Shown in pieces: positions 1 through 8,046 of a stretch of 19,623 nt of DNA (position 1 is its first letter; every line of letters starts with the position of its first letter). The position numbers and the translations under genes are program-made. The stretch is taken from positions 1 to 19,623 of the forward strand of contig JBCBJQ010000109.1 of assembly GCA_038523235.1 (NCBI GenBank). The letters run 5' to 3'. The notes below the pieces were generated by a model. The model saw only the letters and a program-made list of their open reading frames with translations. It searched no databases and had not been told where the DNA came from. The stretch comes from Cyanobacteria bacterium J06626_4. Its GTDB lineage: Bacteria > Cyanobacteriota > Cyanobacteriia > Phormidesmidales > Phormidesmidaceae.

Positions 1-210
1 AAGTTATCAACAGCATATTTAAATGCAGCGAGCTTTCCATCTATAAATAGAGGCAAAGCATTCTAGAACACACTCCTGCTGCAGAGGTAATTAGAAGCTC
101 TGACAAAAAACGGCAGGCTGTTAACAGCTCGCCATCAGAAATATCAGCACACATCAATTGTTTCGGGTACTGTCCCGGCAGAAGTCGCCCTATACCTAGA
201 TTGCTAACGA

Positions 211-252
211 CTTCAAACCCTGAACCTTGCACTCTGAACCTGACACCCTGAA
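211..252. repeat. Degenerate tandem heptamer repeat (STRR-like)
   Basis: Six 7-nt units CTTCAAA CCCTGAA CCTTGCA CTCTGAA CCTGACA CCCTGAA just past the 3' end of the DUF1206 gene; heptamer arrays are typical of filamentous cyanobacteria. Confidence 0.55.
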
Positions 253-283
253 TCTCGTTCCTAGATGAATGGTCGTGCGCCCT

Positions 284-1135
284 TTACTGAGCTGGAGAAA
301 TCCGCCGGTAGCGAGCCTGGGTCATGAGATGAATGCCGTAAGCCACCAACCCTAACGCGATGATGCCCATTAAGACTGCGCCAAACGGTTGCTGCTGAAT
401 CGCCTGCAGGGCCCCCTCCGTCGTCTTCGCTTGGCTCGGGTCAGACGCTCGAGCCGCCTGCACAAAGAAATAGCCCACAATCGTGGTGACAATTCCTTTC
501 GCAATCAATCCGAAGCGACCAATGCGCACGGCCCAAGCTTCTTCCGTCGAACTCATCTCATGCGTCTTCAGCTTGCGACGAAACTTAGTTTTGATCCCGC
601 GATAGATACAGTACAAACCGTATCCCGCCGATGCTGCGCCGATCAGGCCAACCAGCCATTGACCAAAGGGCTGAGAGAGCAAGGTCGCCGTTTGCTCACT
701 GCTGGAGCTACCCCCACCACCACTGCTGGAAGTCGCGCCGCTGCTGAACACAATGCGAAAAGCCGCCAACGCCAACGTGCCGTAAATCACGCCGCTGACA
801 GCGTAAGAGAGACGTCGCCCTGCCGCGCCCAGGCCCTCTTCGTCATGCTCGGGGTCGTAGATCGTTTGCACAAACCGCCAGATCACATATCCCAGCAGGC
901 CCACCGCAACTAAAAACAGCAGCACCTTGCCAAAGGGCTGACTCGCGATCGTTTGAAAGGCTCCCTTTGAGCCGCTGACCTTACCCCCCCAATTAAAGGC
1001 CGCTTGAAAGGCCAGGATTCCGACTAGGGCATATACCACCCCTTTGGCGGCGTAGCCAAACCGCGCTAATCGCTCAATCCAGGCGGCGGTTTCGTGCTGA
1101 ATTACAGCCTTGCTGACTCGTTTTTGCGTATCCAT
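284..1135 (-). CDS. DUF1206 domain-containing membrane protein
   Basis: 283 aa with the repeated family pattern (ARFGYAAKGVVY...QPFG..LL, RIGRFGLIAKG...QQPFG), about 6 hydrophobic helices, and a GAGG RBS upstream. Confidence 0.9.
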   Translation of the reverse strand: MDTQKRVSKAVIQHETAAWIERLARFGYAAKGVVYALVGILAFQAAFNWGGKVSGSKGAFQTIASQPFGKVLLFLVAVGLLGYVIWRFVQTIYDPEHDEEGLGAAGRRLSYAVSGVIYGTLALAAFRIVFSSGATSSSGGGGSSSSEQTATLLSQPFGQWLVGLIGAASAGYGLYCIYRGIKTKFRRKLKTHEMSSTEEAWAVRIGRFGLIAKGIVTTIVGYFFVQAARASDPSQAKTTEGALQAIQQQPFGAVLMGIIALGLVAYGIHLMTQARYRRISPAQ

Positions 1136-1170
1136 TTCTACCTCTGATCAAATATTCAAATGGGCCGTTG

Positions 1171-1320
1171 CTAAATTGCCAGATTCTCAACGAATTCCTG
1201 AACCAACGCTTTGGGCTTCTGATAAAACAGGGCAATGCCAAACGCGAGGGCACCAATGCGGCCCATAAACATCAGGGCAATCACAATCCCAGATTGGCCA
1301 AACCTGTTGAGGCTGATGGG
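1171..1320 (-). pseudogene. Probable C-terminal remnant of a TrkH/KtrB-family K+ uptake membrane subunit
   Basis: Minus strand reads PISLNRFGQSGIVIALMFMGRIGALAFGIALFYQKPKALVQEFVENLAI*, resembling the LMFxGRxG.L end of TrkH/KtrB proteins. It is preceded by an in-frame TGA and the rest of the gene is absent. Confidence 0.55.
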
Positions 1321-1550
1321 TCAAGATTGACGATATGAGCTGCGATATCAGTACAGCTTTTGCTTCTAAAAATTTTGAGTCAGAATGCAGCAGCAGCAGT
1401 CAGCAATTCCTTCGGGAAGTGGCTGCCTTGCAGAACTGATGGGTCTGCCAGATGGCGATTACAGTAAGCTGGAATGTCCCAACCGATAACGCTTGGCGAT
1501 AGAAAGACTAGATATATTTTCTACCGCTGGAATCTTAGTCGGAAAAGTAT

Positions 1551-1584
1551 AGAAAGGGTGGAGGCCGATTCCGCGACCTCCACC
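1551..1584 (-). terminator. Intrinsic terminator of dps
   Basis: Minus strand GGTGGAGGTCG-cggaat-CGGCCTCCACC followed by CTTTCTATACTTTT, about 40 nt after the dps stop. Confidence 0.6.
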
Positions 1585-1626
1585 AAGATCACTCACAGTT
1601 CAGGAAAAAGAGGCCAGACTTGACGC

Positions 1627-2154
1627 CTAGGCAGGAGTCTTAAGGGTGTTGTCGCGATCGCCACTGGACTGCAGCGCTTCACCTTCAACAAAGGAACGCA
1701 GCATCCAGGCCATGTCTTCGTGCTGCTGCATGAGCCCGGTAAAAAAGTCTGCGGTACCCTCGTCTTTGTAATCTTCTGCCGATTGCTCAATCGCTGTCCG
1801 CAGGTTGCGGATAACTTGCTCATGGTCAGTGACCAAACGAGAGACCATTTCGTTAGCACTGGGTAGATCGCCAGCATGCTCACGAATGGTGGCATGCTTC
1901 AAAAATCCCTCAGCCGTACCGAGGGGATATCCCCCCAACATCCGAGCCCGCTCAGCGATTTCGTCAATGCTGATGGTTAGGGCTTCGTAGTGCTCTTCCC
2001 AGAGGGTATGCAGACTTCTAAACTGAGGCCCCACGACATCCCAGTGGTACTTTTTAGTCTTGATGAGCAGGAGATAAGCGTCAGCCAATGCCTGATTGAG
2101 GAGGTTAACTACACCCTGGCGTTGCTTGTCAGAAAGACCGATATTAATTGCCAT
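1627..2154 (-). CDS. dps: Dps family DNA starvation/stationary-phase protection protein (mini-ferritin)
   Basis: 175 aa; YHWDVVGPQFRSLH and IDEIAERARMLG ferroxidase signatures; C-terminal HEDMAWML. Confidence 0.96.
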   Translation of the reverse strand: MAINIGLSDKQRQGVVNLLNQALADAYLLLIKTKKYHWDVVGPQFRSLHTLWEEHYEALTISIDEIAERARMLGGYPLGTAEGFLKHATIREHAGDLPSANEMVSRLVTDHEQVIRNLRTAIEQSAEDYKDEGTADFFTGLMQQHEDMAWMLRSFVEGEALQSSGDRDNTLKTPA

Positions 2155-2188
2155 TGAATTTTGTTTGATTTGGACGTCAATAAGGTTA

Positions 2189-2233
2189 GTTATATAAGTT
2201 TTATTAGCGTGACCTCATCTACCCCGTGAGATA
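2189..2233 (-). promoter_or_regulatory. 7-2-7 box and candidate -10 for dps
   Basis: Box TCTACCC-CG-TGAGATA at 2218-2233; best -10 is TATAAC (2194-2189, spacer 23, lacks the -7 T). Confidence 0.5.
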
Positions 2234-2280
2234 ACTCGTCGTCGCGGCAACCTAGGCTTAAGCAAGAGATTGAGCCGATA

Positions 2281-2324
2281 TCCACCTCCGGCCAGATGTC
2301 TGGCAACAAGGCTCAACGTATTAT
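2281..2324 (+). promoter_or_regulatory. 7-2-7 box + N22 + -10 for the 84-aa protein/phospholipase D unit
   Basis: TCCACCT-CC-GGCCAGA (2281-2296), 22 nt, TATTAT (2319-2324). Confidence 0.65.
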
Positions 2325-2359
2325 GAGGGCGATTGTCAACCGATAAATTTACCAGTTTA

Positions 2360-2614
2360 ATGAGTAGCTCTTTTCCCTTGACGGGGCCAGAATTAGTGGA
2401 TTGCGCGAAAGCAAACGCCGGTGCCGGCGCGAGCATGGCCGCCGAACGATGTGGCTATGGCCAAGATGTTGCGGCCTTTCAGTCGGCCCTTAAGTCAGCC
2501 TGTGCAGAAATGGCTGTCGATATTGAGAGCCTGGCTGATCTCGTGACGCCCCAGCAGCAAGTCATGGTGCAAGGGGGAAAGTCCATCGCTCCTGAGACCT
2601 GTTCAGACCTTTGA
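2360..2614 (+). CDS. Conserved-looking cyanobacterial hypothetical protein (84 aa)
   Basis: PLTGPELVDCAKANA...AAERCGYGQD resembles a small cyanobacterial family I recall. ATG 2360 is preferred over TTG 2333 because the predicted TSS is near 2331. Confidence 0.75.
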   Translation: MSSSFPLTGPELVDCAKANAGAGASMAAERCGYGQDVAAFQSALKSACAEMAVDIESLADLVTPQQQVMVQGGKSIAPETCSDL

Positions 2615-2660
2615 TTTCTCAGCTCGACTCAAGGAAGCAGCCCTTTCAATGTCCTGATAT

Positions 2661-3944
2661 ATGACCGCCATTCTGATTGCAATTGGCTTACTCAGTTTGA
2701 CGTTAGTGTCTGCTCTTGGGGGGTATCTATACCTCAGCGGCCATTTTCGGCGGCAGCTGAATTATGGGGTAGTAGGACTCAAGTCAGACTCGCCTCGTTT
2801 TGTCTCTACGATCGCGAGCTTTTCTGATTCGTTGGCGACCCAGGGCACTGCTACTCATTTCTGGTCAAATATTGAAGAAATTCAGGCCGCGCGGTTAGCG
2901 CTGATGGCGAGCGCTCAGCACAGCATTCAGTTTGAGACCTTTACCATGACGCCGGGGCGGCGGGCCAATGACTTTGCCGCTGTATTGCAGCAAAAAGCCT
3001 CAGAAGGGGTTGTCATTGAGGTGTTGGCCGATAGCTACGGAGCCCAACAGTTGCCGGCTAGCTATTGGCGATCGCTCACCAACGCAGGGGTCGATGTCCG
3101 GTTCTTCAACCCTTTTTCGGCCCGAGCCCCGCTGGACTATTTGCGGCGCAATCATCGCAAGCTCTTAATTGTTGATCAGGCCGTGGCGATGATCGGCGGC
3201 GCTGGCATTGCCGATCGCTGGGATGGCAAGGATTCTAGTCACACTGGCGTGCCCTGGTGTGACTTTGAGGTGGCATGGCGAGGTGAGGTGGTCGGGTTAC
3301 TCACCGGATTCTTTTGGCAACATTGGCTTGATGCCGGTGGTCAAGTCGATCTGGCACGCTATCAGCTGCCGCGCTCTGCTGCTACTGAGCCGATTCCCAT
3401 CATTATTACTCCGGGCGATGATCCCTCGATGGGTGACTCGCCCATTCGGAGCCTGTTTCAGCTCTGCATCACGGCGGCTACGACCCGCCTGTGGATTGCC
3501 AGCCCCTACCTTTTGCCCGACGATGCCACTTGCCAAAAGCTCATCGCCCTTAAGCAGGGTGGCGTTGATGTGCGCATTCTGACGATGGGGCCAAAAGCTG
3601 ACAAATTTTATGTATATTGCGTCTCCCGCGAGCGATATCCGGCTCTGTTAAAAGCGGGCATCAAAATCCACGAATATCAGCCCAGTATGATGCATGGCAA
3701 AGTGGTGCTGATTGACGACCTCTGGGTCAGTTTGGGAAGCGCTAATTTAGATCCTCGCAGCTTTTTTCATAATGATGAACTCAATATCTGCACCAATGCA
3801 GCCGACTTGCTAAGCGGGATTGAAGCTTTCTTTAAAGCCGGCTTTGCCCAAAGTCAGCTAGTTCAATTGCCAGAGTGGCAGCAGCGATCGCTCAAAGAAC
3901 AGGCTCTGGGCAAAGCCGGAAATTTCTTTTATTGGCAGCTTTGA
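2661..3944 (+). CDS. Cardiolipin synthase-like phospholipase D family protein
   Basis: Two HKD motifs (NHRKLLIVD, MHGKVVLIDD), GSANLDPRSF, SPYLLPD and an N-terminal TM helix. Confidence 0.92.
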   Translation: MTAILIAIGLLSLTLVSALGGYLYLSGHFRRQLNYGVVGLKSDSPRFVSTIASFSDSLATQGTATHFWSNIEEIQAARLALMASAQHSIQFETFTMTPGRRANDFAAVLQQKASEGVVIEVLADSYGAQQLPASYWRSLTNAGVDVRFFNPFSARAPLDYLRRNHRKLLIVDQAVAMIGGAGIADRWDGKDSSHTGVPWCDFEVAWRGEVVGLLTGFFWQHWLDAGGQVDLARYQLPRSAATEPIPIIITPGDDPSMGDSPIRSLFQLCITAATTRLWIASPYLLPDDATCQKLIALKQGGVDVRILTMGPKADKFYVYCVSRERYPALLKAGIKIHEYQPSMMHGKVVLIDDLWVSLGSANLDPRSFFHNDELNICTNAADLLSGIEAFFKAGFAQSQLVQLPEWQQRSLKEQALGKAGNFFYWQL

Positions 3945-3993
3945 GGCTTAAATCTGGTGCCACTTCTTGATGATTGCTAGATGGTATAGCAGA

Positions 3994-4336
<343 letters not shown>

Positions 4337-4379
4337 GTGCTTGGTCATGTTACCTGTGGCGTTTCTTGAGCCAACATCC

Positions 4380-5252
4380 CTACTCAGCGATGCTCAATTG
4401 CCGAAGCTGGATTTTTTTACAAATGCCTTCCACCGCTAGCGTCAGCGACTTCATCAGTTCTGACCCGGCACGGTAGTCGGCAGAGGCTAAGTTGCTGACC
4501 CGCTCTCCTTGACTGGGCTGATAGTGGTCAGCCCATTGTTGCGCTGAGCCTTCGGTATAGACGCCGATCGCGGTGCCGCCTTCGCGGTTCAGCATGGCAA
4601 AACAGGGAATATCGGAGTTGCCATCCCCGACGTAGATCACTTGGGGCAACGGAATCGCTAGCTCTGCCGGGGGCACATCTTCGTAGACAAAGAGAATGTC
4701 GTCTCGGCTTTCATCGTCGCGCACCCCTTTGGCAATGTAGTAGAGGTAGCGAGGTTTAGCTGGATGGTCAAGTGATCGCTTCAAGAACTCGATTTCCCCC
4801 GACTCCGAATAGTGAAACTCTGGCCCCCACATAGCTTTGAAGCAGTCAGCAATTGGGCTGCTGCGGGCCATTTCAACAAATCCACTTGTGATGAGATAAA
4901 ATTCCACCTCAACTTGGGGGGCGATCGCCGTTGCCGCTGCTTGCAGACGATGGAACATGTCAGTCACCCCAGCAAAGGGCTGCAGTGACTGCCCAAACTC
5001 ACGGATGGTCTCTCGGGTGATCTTCTCACTCGGGTTTGAACGGCTTTTTGAATAGTTGATAAAACTGTAGAATCGGGCGGAAATCGGGTCCCAACCGTCA
5101 GCTTTCAGCGGATCGTAGACCTGCTGACGAAACTCGGCCGCATCCATACCCAGATATTTGATGAACCCATCGTAGGTGCTCGGCACTAACGTGTCATCAA
5201 AATCAAACGCGACGGCAATTTTTTCTGCTGTAGGATGAGTCGCCTTAACCAT
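4380..5252 (-). CDS. HAD-superfamily hydrolase
   Basis: Motif I AFDFDDTL, motif II ITSG, motif III K, motif IV YVGDGNSD. Confidence 0.9.
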   Translation of the reverse strand: MVKATHPTAEKIAVAFDFDDTLVPSTYDGFIKYLGMDAAEFRQQVYDPLKADGWDPISARFYSFINYSKSRSNPSEKITRETIREFGQSLQPFAGVTDMFHRLQAAATAIAPQVEVEFYLITSGFVEMARSSPIADCFKAMWGPEFHYSESGEIEFLKRSLDHPAKPRYLYYIAKGVRDDESRDDILFVYEDVPPAELAIPLPQVIYVGDGNSDIPCFAMLNREGGTAIGVYTEGSAQQWADHYQPSQGERVSNLASADYRAGSELMKSLTLAVEGICKKIQLRQLSIAE

Positions 5253-5279
5253 AAGAATATGTGTATTTTCTACGATGCC

Positions 5280-5352
5280 AGTCTAGTCAAGAAAAAAGGC
5301 GAAAAAAACATCCTCAAGGTAGAGGACATAAAAGCTGGGCTTCAGCGATTCT
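5280..5352. promoter_or_regulatory. 7-2-7 box with -10 elements on both strands
   Basis: ACATCCT-CA-AGGTAGA (5308-5323); minus strand TAGACT (5285-5280, spacer 22); plus strand GATTCT (5347-5352, spacer 23). Confidence 0.65.
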
Positions 5353-5375
5353 ACGGATAGCTATCACTATGAACC

Positions 5376-5597
5376 ATGCTAGAAGTTCTCAAGTCCACAG
5401 TTAAGCCGCTGCTGCTCGACGAAAAGGTTTTAGAGGCCGCCTACTCGATTTATCTGACAGCGCCGCGCACCAACGCGCCAGCCATTAGTCTCAGACAGCT
5501 GTCGCGGGCGACGGGCAAATCGCCGCTCAACTGTCGCAACGCGATCGTTGAGGCGAATAGTCTGGGCCGGTTCCCCGATTGTGAACTGCATCCCTAA
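5376..5597 (+). CDS. Small hypothetical protein, possible helix-turn-helix
   Basis: 73 aa with ATG start, divergent from the HAD gene; ISLRQLSRATGKSPLNCRNAIVEA looks HTH-like. Confidence 0.6.
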   Translation: MLEVLKSTVKPLLLDEKVLEAAYSIYLTAPRTNAPAISLRQLSRATGKSPLNCRNAIVEANSLGRFPDCELHP

Positions 5598-5689
5598 ACT
5601 GTCAGCAGCCCGACCTAACACCAGTGCGGGTTAAGCCAAACCCTGTTTCTTTCTCCTCTGGGGAGGGGCTAAAGGGGTGGGTCAAATCC

Positions 5690-6379
5690 TGAAGGAGGGG
5701 ACGTAACGATAGAGGGGGATGAACTCGACACCCGAGTCGGTGAGAACCTTCCCCCCCGAAGCGTCGGAAGGATGGACAATCAGTTGCATTGAACGGCAAA
5801 GTCGTGACTGGATAGCAGCCAGTGCTGGACGCAAGGGTGCTCAGTTGTTTAGCTGGGCAGTGGGCAGAGCCCAGTGACGGGATACGGTGGTTTACGGATG
5901 GTGAGCGGCGCTATGGCAAGGAATTGTGGCAACTGGGCAGTGTCGATCTGCCCAACCGCACTACCTCAGAGGCCTATCCTTACCGCAAGGGATGGCGCGA
6001 GGGATTGGAAATCGCCATCAAAATCAAGGGTTCTCAGGGAACTCGACGAGTTGAGTGGCTTCAGCAAGAGCATCCCTTGACAGCGATTAGCCCTCAGGCA
6101 GAAGTCCATGCCCATCATGTTGAGGCATTCAACAGCGCCTTGAGACGTCGGGCAACGGCTGATCGAAGGCGTCAGAACCACTATGCTAAGCATGCCAAAG
6201 CACTGCAGCGGGCCTGAAATGTCCAGCGGCTAATCCACAACTGGGTGCGGCCTCATTGGAGTTTAGGTCGGCGGACAACGCCATCTATGGCGATGGGATT
6301 CATTCAGAGGCCGTTGCAGATCTCCGAAATACTCTTATCTAGAGGCTTTGAATGTCTCACCCTTTAACCAGACAGTGCC
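5690..6379 (+). mobile_element. Decayed cyanobacterial IS1-family-like DDE transposase with right end
   Basis: IEGDELDTRVGENLPPEASEGWT (from 5709), frameshift near 5850, RWFTDGERRYG, HVEAFNSALRRR, internal TGA 6215-6217, then HNWVRPHWSL..TPSMAMG..TL* (stop 6365-6367); terminus CCAGACAGTGCC at 6379. Confidence 0.8.
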
Positions 6380-6711
6380 CACGATCTGAGACTTGCGCGG
6401 TCGAATTTGGCTTTGCCCCTTTAGTTTCCAGTATGGAAAGACTGACGTTAGTGCACCTCGGCCAGGGGAAGGGACTAGGGGCACATGCGTCAGTTCTATG
6501 AGTAACTCACTTCTAGTCAAGTAAAAGCAAATGTAATGCCTTTTCTACAGTGAACGACTTTTGATAAAGTGCGATTTATTGCTTCTGGAATGCAGTCTAA
6601 GCGCAAAGAATTGCCTCCAAAAGCCACTGAGCAGCCCTGTTCAATAAGCTGAAGCGGATGTGTTTAAAGTAGCTCAGAAGGTGTTTGAGATTTTATGGTT
6701 TGGATCAGCAT

Positions 6712-6737
6712 AAAAAAGGCGACACCGAAGTGTCGCC
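6712..6737 (-). terminator. Intrinsic terminator
   Basis: Minus strand GGCGACAC-TTCG-GTGTCGCC-TTTTTT (cUUCGg loop) downstream of the 61-aa ORF. Confidence 0.9.
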
Positions 6738-6779
6738 AGGCCAACCGTTCAAAATTAGGCTTTAGAATTGTGGCAAGAT

Positions 6780-6965
6780 TTAGCGAGCTTCTGTTCCCTG
6801 ATTGGGGTCACCAGCAACGTCAGTATTCTTGTTGCCAGGGGCTTCGGGTGCAGCGCCATCGTTCACATCGCTAGTTCGAGCATCAGTGCCGGTACGGCGC
6901 TGTTCAGGGTCGATGGGCGTGTCTTGACCACCGGTAAATGTGCTGTCTGAATTCTTCTTAGTCAT
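6780..6965 (-). CDS. Small hydrophilic (hydrophilin-like) protein, 61 aa
   Basis: ATG 6965 with strong AGGAGG RBS, its own box promoter and terminator; rich in D/T/G/N/P with almost no large hydrophobic residues. Confidence 0.8.
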   Translation of the reverse strand: MTKKNSDSTFTGGQDTPIDPEQRRTGTDARTSDVNDGAAPEAPGNKNTDVAGDPNQGTEAR

Positions 6966-7022
6966 AAGATCCCTCCTAAAGGCGTTCGTCAAACTCAAAG
7001 GTCATTTTTAACCAGTGATGAA

Positions 7023-7066
7023 AGCGTAACTTTTCTGACTTACAGCGGCACCTAGCTTAGGGTTGA
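7023..7066 (-). promoter_or_regulatory. 7-2-7 box + N22 + -10 for the 61-aa protein
   Basis: CCTAGCT-TA-GGGTTGA (7051-7066), 22 nt, TACGCT (7028-7023). Confidence 0.65.
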
Positions 7067-7127
7067 TATCTCTAGATATAGTCAACGAGAGCCCGTTTCA
7101 AGTAGGGATACACAAATAAATAATGCT

Positions 7128-7168
7128 GTAGGGTGCTGTCAGACGCAGCCGTAACGCACAACTCTATA
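7128..7168. repeat. GTAG-type REP-like short dispersed repeat (degenerate)
   Basis: GTAGGGTGC...GTAACGCAC resembles the GTAGGGTGCGTTA...TAACGCACC repeats common in cyanobacteria. Confidence 0.5.
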
Positions 7169-7388
7169 AGGCTTTAAGTCAATATCGGAAACTGCATTTC
7201 GGGGCGAGAAGAGCGATTGAAATCAGGCCACAGTTCGAATCAGACAATCATTTTATACGCTCAAAATCACGCAGTCGCTTAAAGGAGCTGGCCTCTTATA
7301 TCGATGAAGATTCAGGATAGTTACTGATCATATAAGCCCCCCTGGCCTCTCAAAAAGTCCATCAAAAAGTTTGGCCTTAGTATCATCA

Positions 7389-7484
7389 ACTAGCTCGCAG
7401 TAGAATCTTCCTGTTGACTGATCAACTGAGAATTACACTTATTACTTCAGGACGATGTCAGTACCCTGCACATCCTGGCAATAT
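7389..7484 (+). promoter_or_regulatory. Three 7-2-7 boxes and -10 for the 114-aa protein
   Basis: ACTAGCT-CG-CAGTAGA (7389-7404), TCTTCCT-GT-TGACTGA (7406-7421), TATTACT-TC-AGGACGA (7440-7455); TGG-CAATAT at 7479-7484 (spacer 23). Confidence 0.55.
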
Positions 7485-7515
7485 TATTTCAATTTGCGAA
7501 TAGAGGAACTCTTTC

Positions 7516-7860
7516 ATGAGTAATTCCAAGATTAAAAAAGATAGCTTTGATCCTAATTTAATTCCAGCTGAAACGGCAGCTCGCATCGAGCGTGAGCAAG
7601 AGAGTTACAAGCAGGTCAAAGAAGAGCCCCAAGGTGACATCAACACGACCGGTGGGTTCACAGTTGATCAAGAAGGGCTCGCCAATAACTACGCGATCGA
7701 GCCTGAAATGTACGTGAATGAGCCCGGTGATCTGAGATATGAGCAAGCGGCCAATGTCGAGCGCCGGATAGCCGAACGCGAAGCAGTCAACCAGACTGAC
7801 GAAGATGGCAACCTGACGATGGAATCTGATCAGCGCGGCAAAGGCGTCGGTATTATTTAG
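7516..7860 (+). CDS. Acidic hydrophilic hypothetical protein, 114 aa
   Basis: GAGGA RBS; GFTVDQEGLANNYAIEPEMY motif resembles a conserved cyanobacterial family; terminator downstream. Confidence 0.85.
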   Translation: MSNSKIKKDSFDPNLIPAETAARIEREQESYKQVKEEPQGDINTTGGFTVDQEGLANNYAIEPEMYVNEPGDLRYEQAANVERRIAEREAVNQTDEDGNLTMESDQRGKGVGII

Positions 7861-7874
7861 AAAGTCCCAGAACT

Positions 7875-7909
7875 CTGTGAGCAGTGATCATTAGCCAGTG
7901 AGCTTTGAT
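7875..7909. repeat. Degenerate tandem heptamers
   Basis: CTGTGAG CAGTGAT CATTAGC CAGTGAG CTTTGAT just after the stop codon. Confidence 0.4.
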
Positions 7910-7936
7910 CACAAATAGTCTCCCCGAACCAAGAAG

Positions 7937-7971
7937 AGCATGAACCACTAATCTGTGCTTCATGCTTTTTT
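7937..7971 (+). terminator. Intrinsic terminator
   Basis: AGCATGAA-ccactaatctgtgc-TTCATGCT followed by a T-run. Confidence 0.7.
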
Positions 7972-8046
7972 GTCGGCCTCCAAACATCAGTAGTTTTCTG
8001 ATTATCAGAACTCAGAAAGGAAAGGCCTATTCGCAACTCCTCCTGT

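Noticed and set aside
1..232. ORF 41..232 (-) and possible gene end at the window start
   Set aside because: No recognisable motif in any frame, and the ORF start falls inside the heptamer repeat.
389..913. 174-aa plus-strand ORF
   Set aside because: Antisense shadow of the DUF1206 gene.
1074..1256. 60-aa minus-strand ORF
   Set aside because: Out-of-frame overlap with the TrkH-like remnant and the DUF1206 start; no features of its own.
2215..2436. 73-aa minus-strand ORF
   Set aside because: Spans the divergent promoters and is antisense to the 84-aa gene.
5822..6217. 131-aa ORF as an intact gene
   Set aside because: It is the middle fragment of a frameshifted, stop-interrupted transposase.
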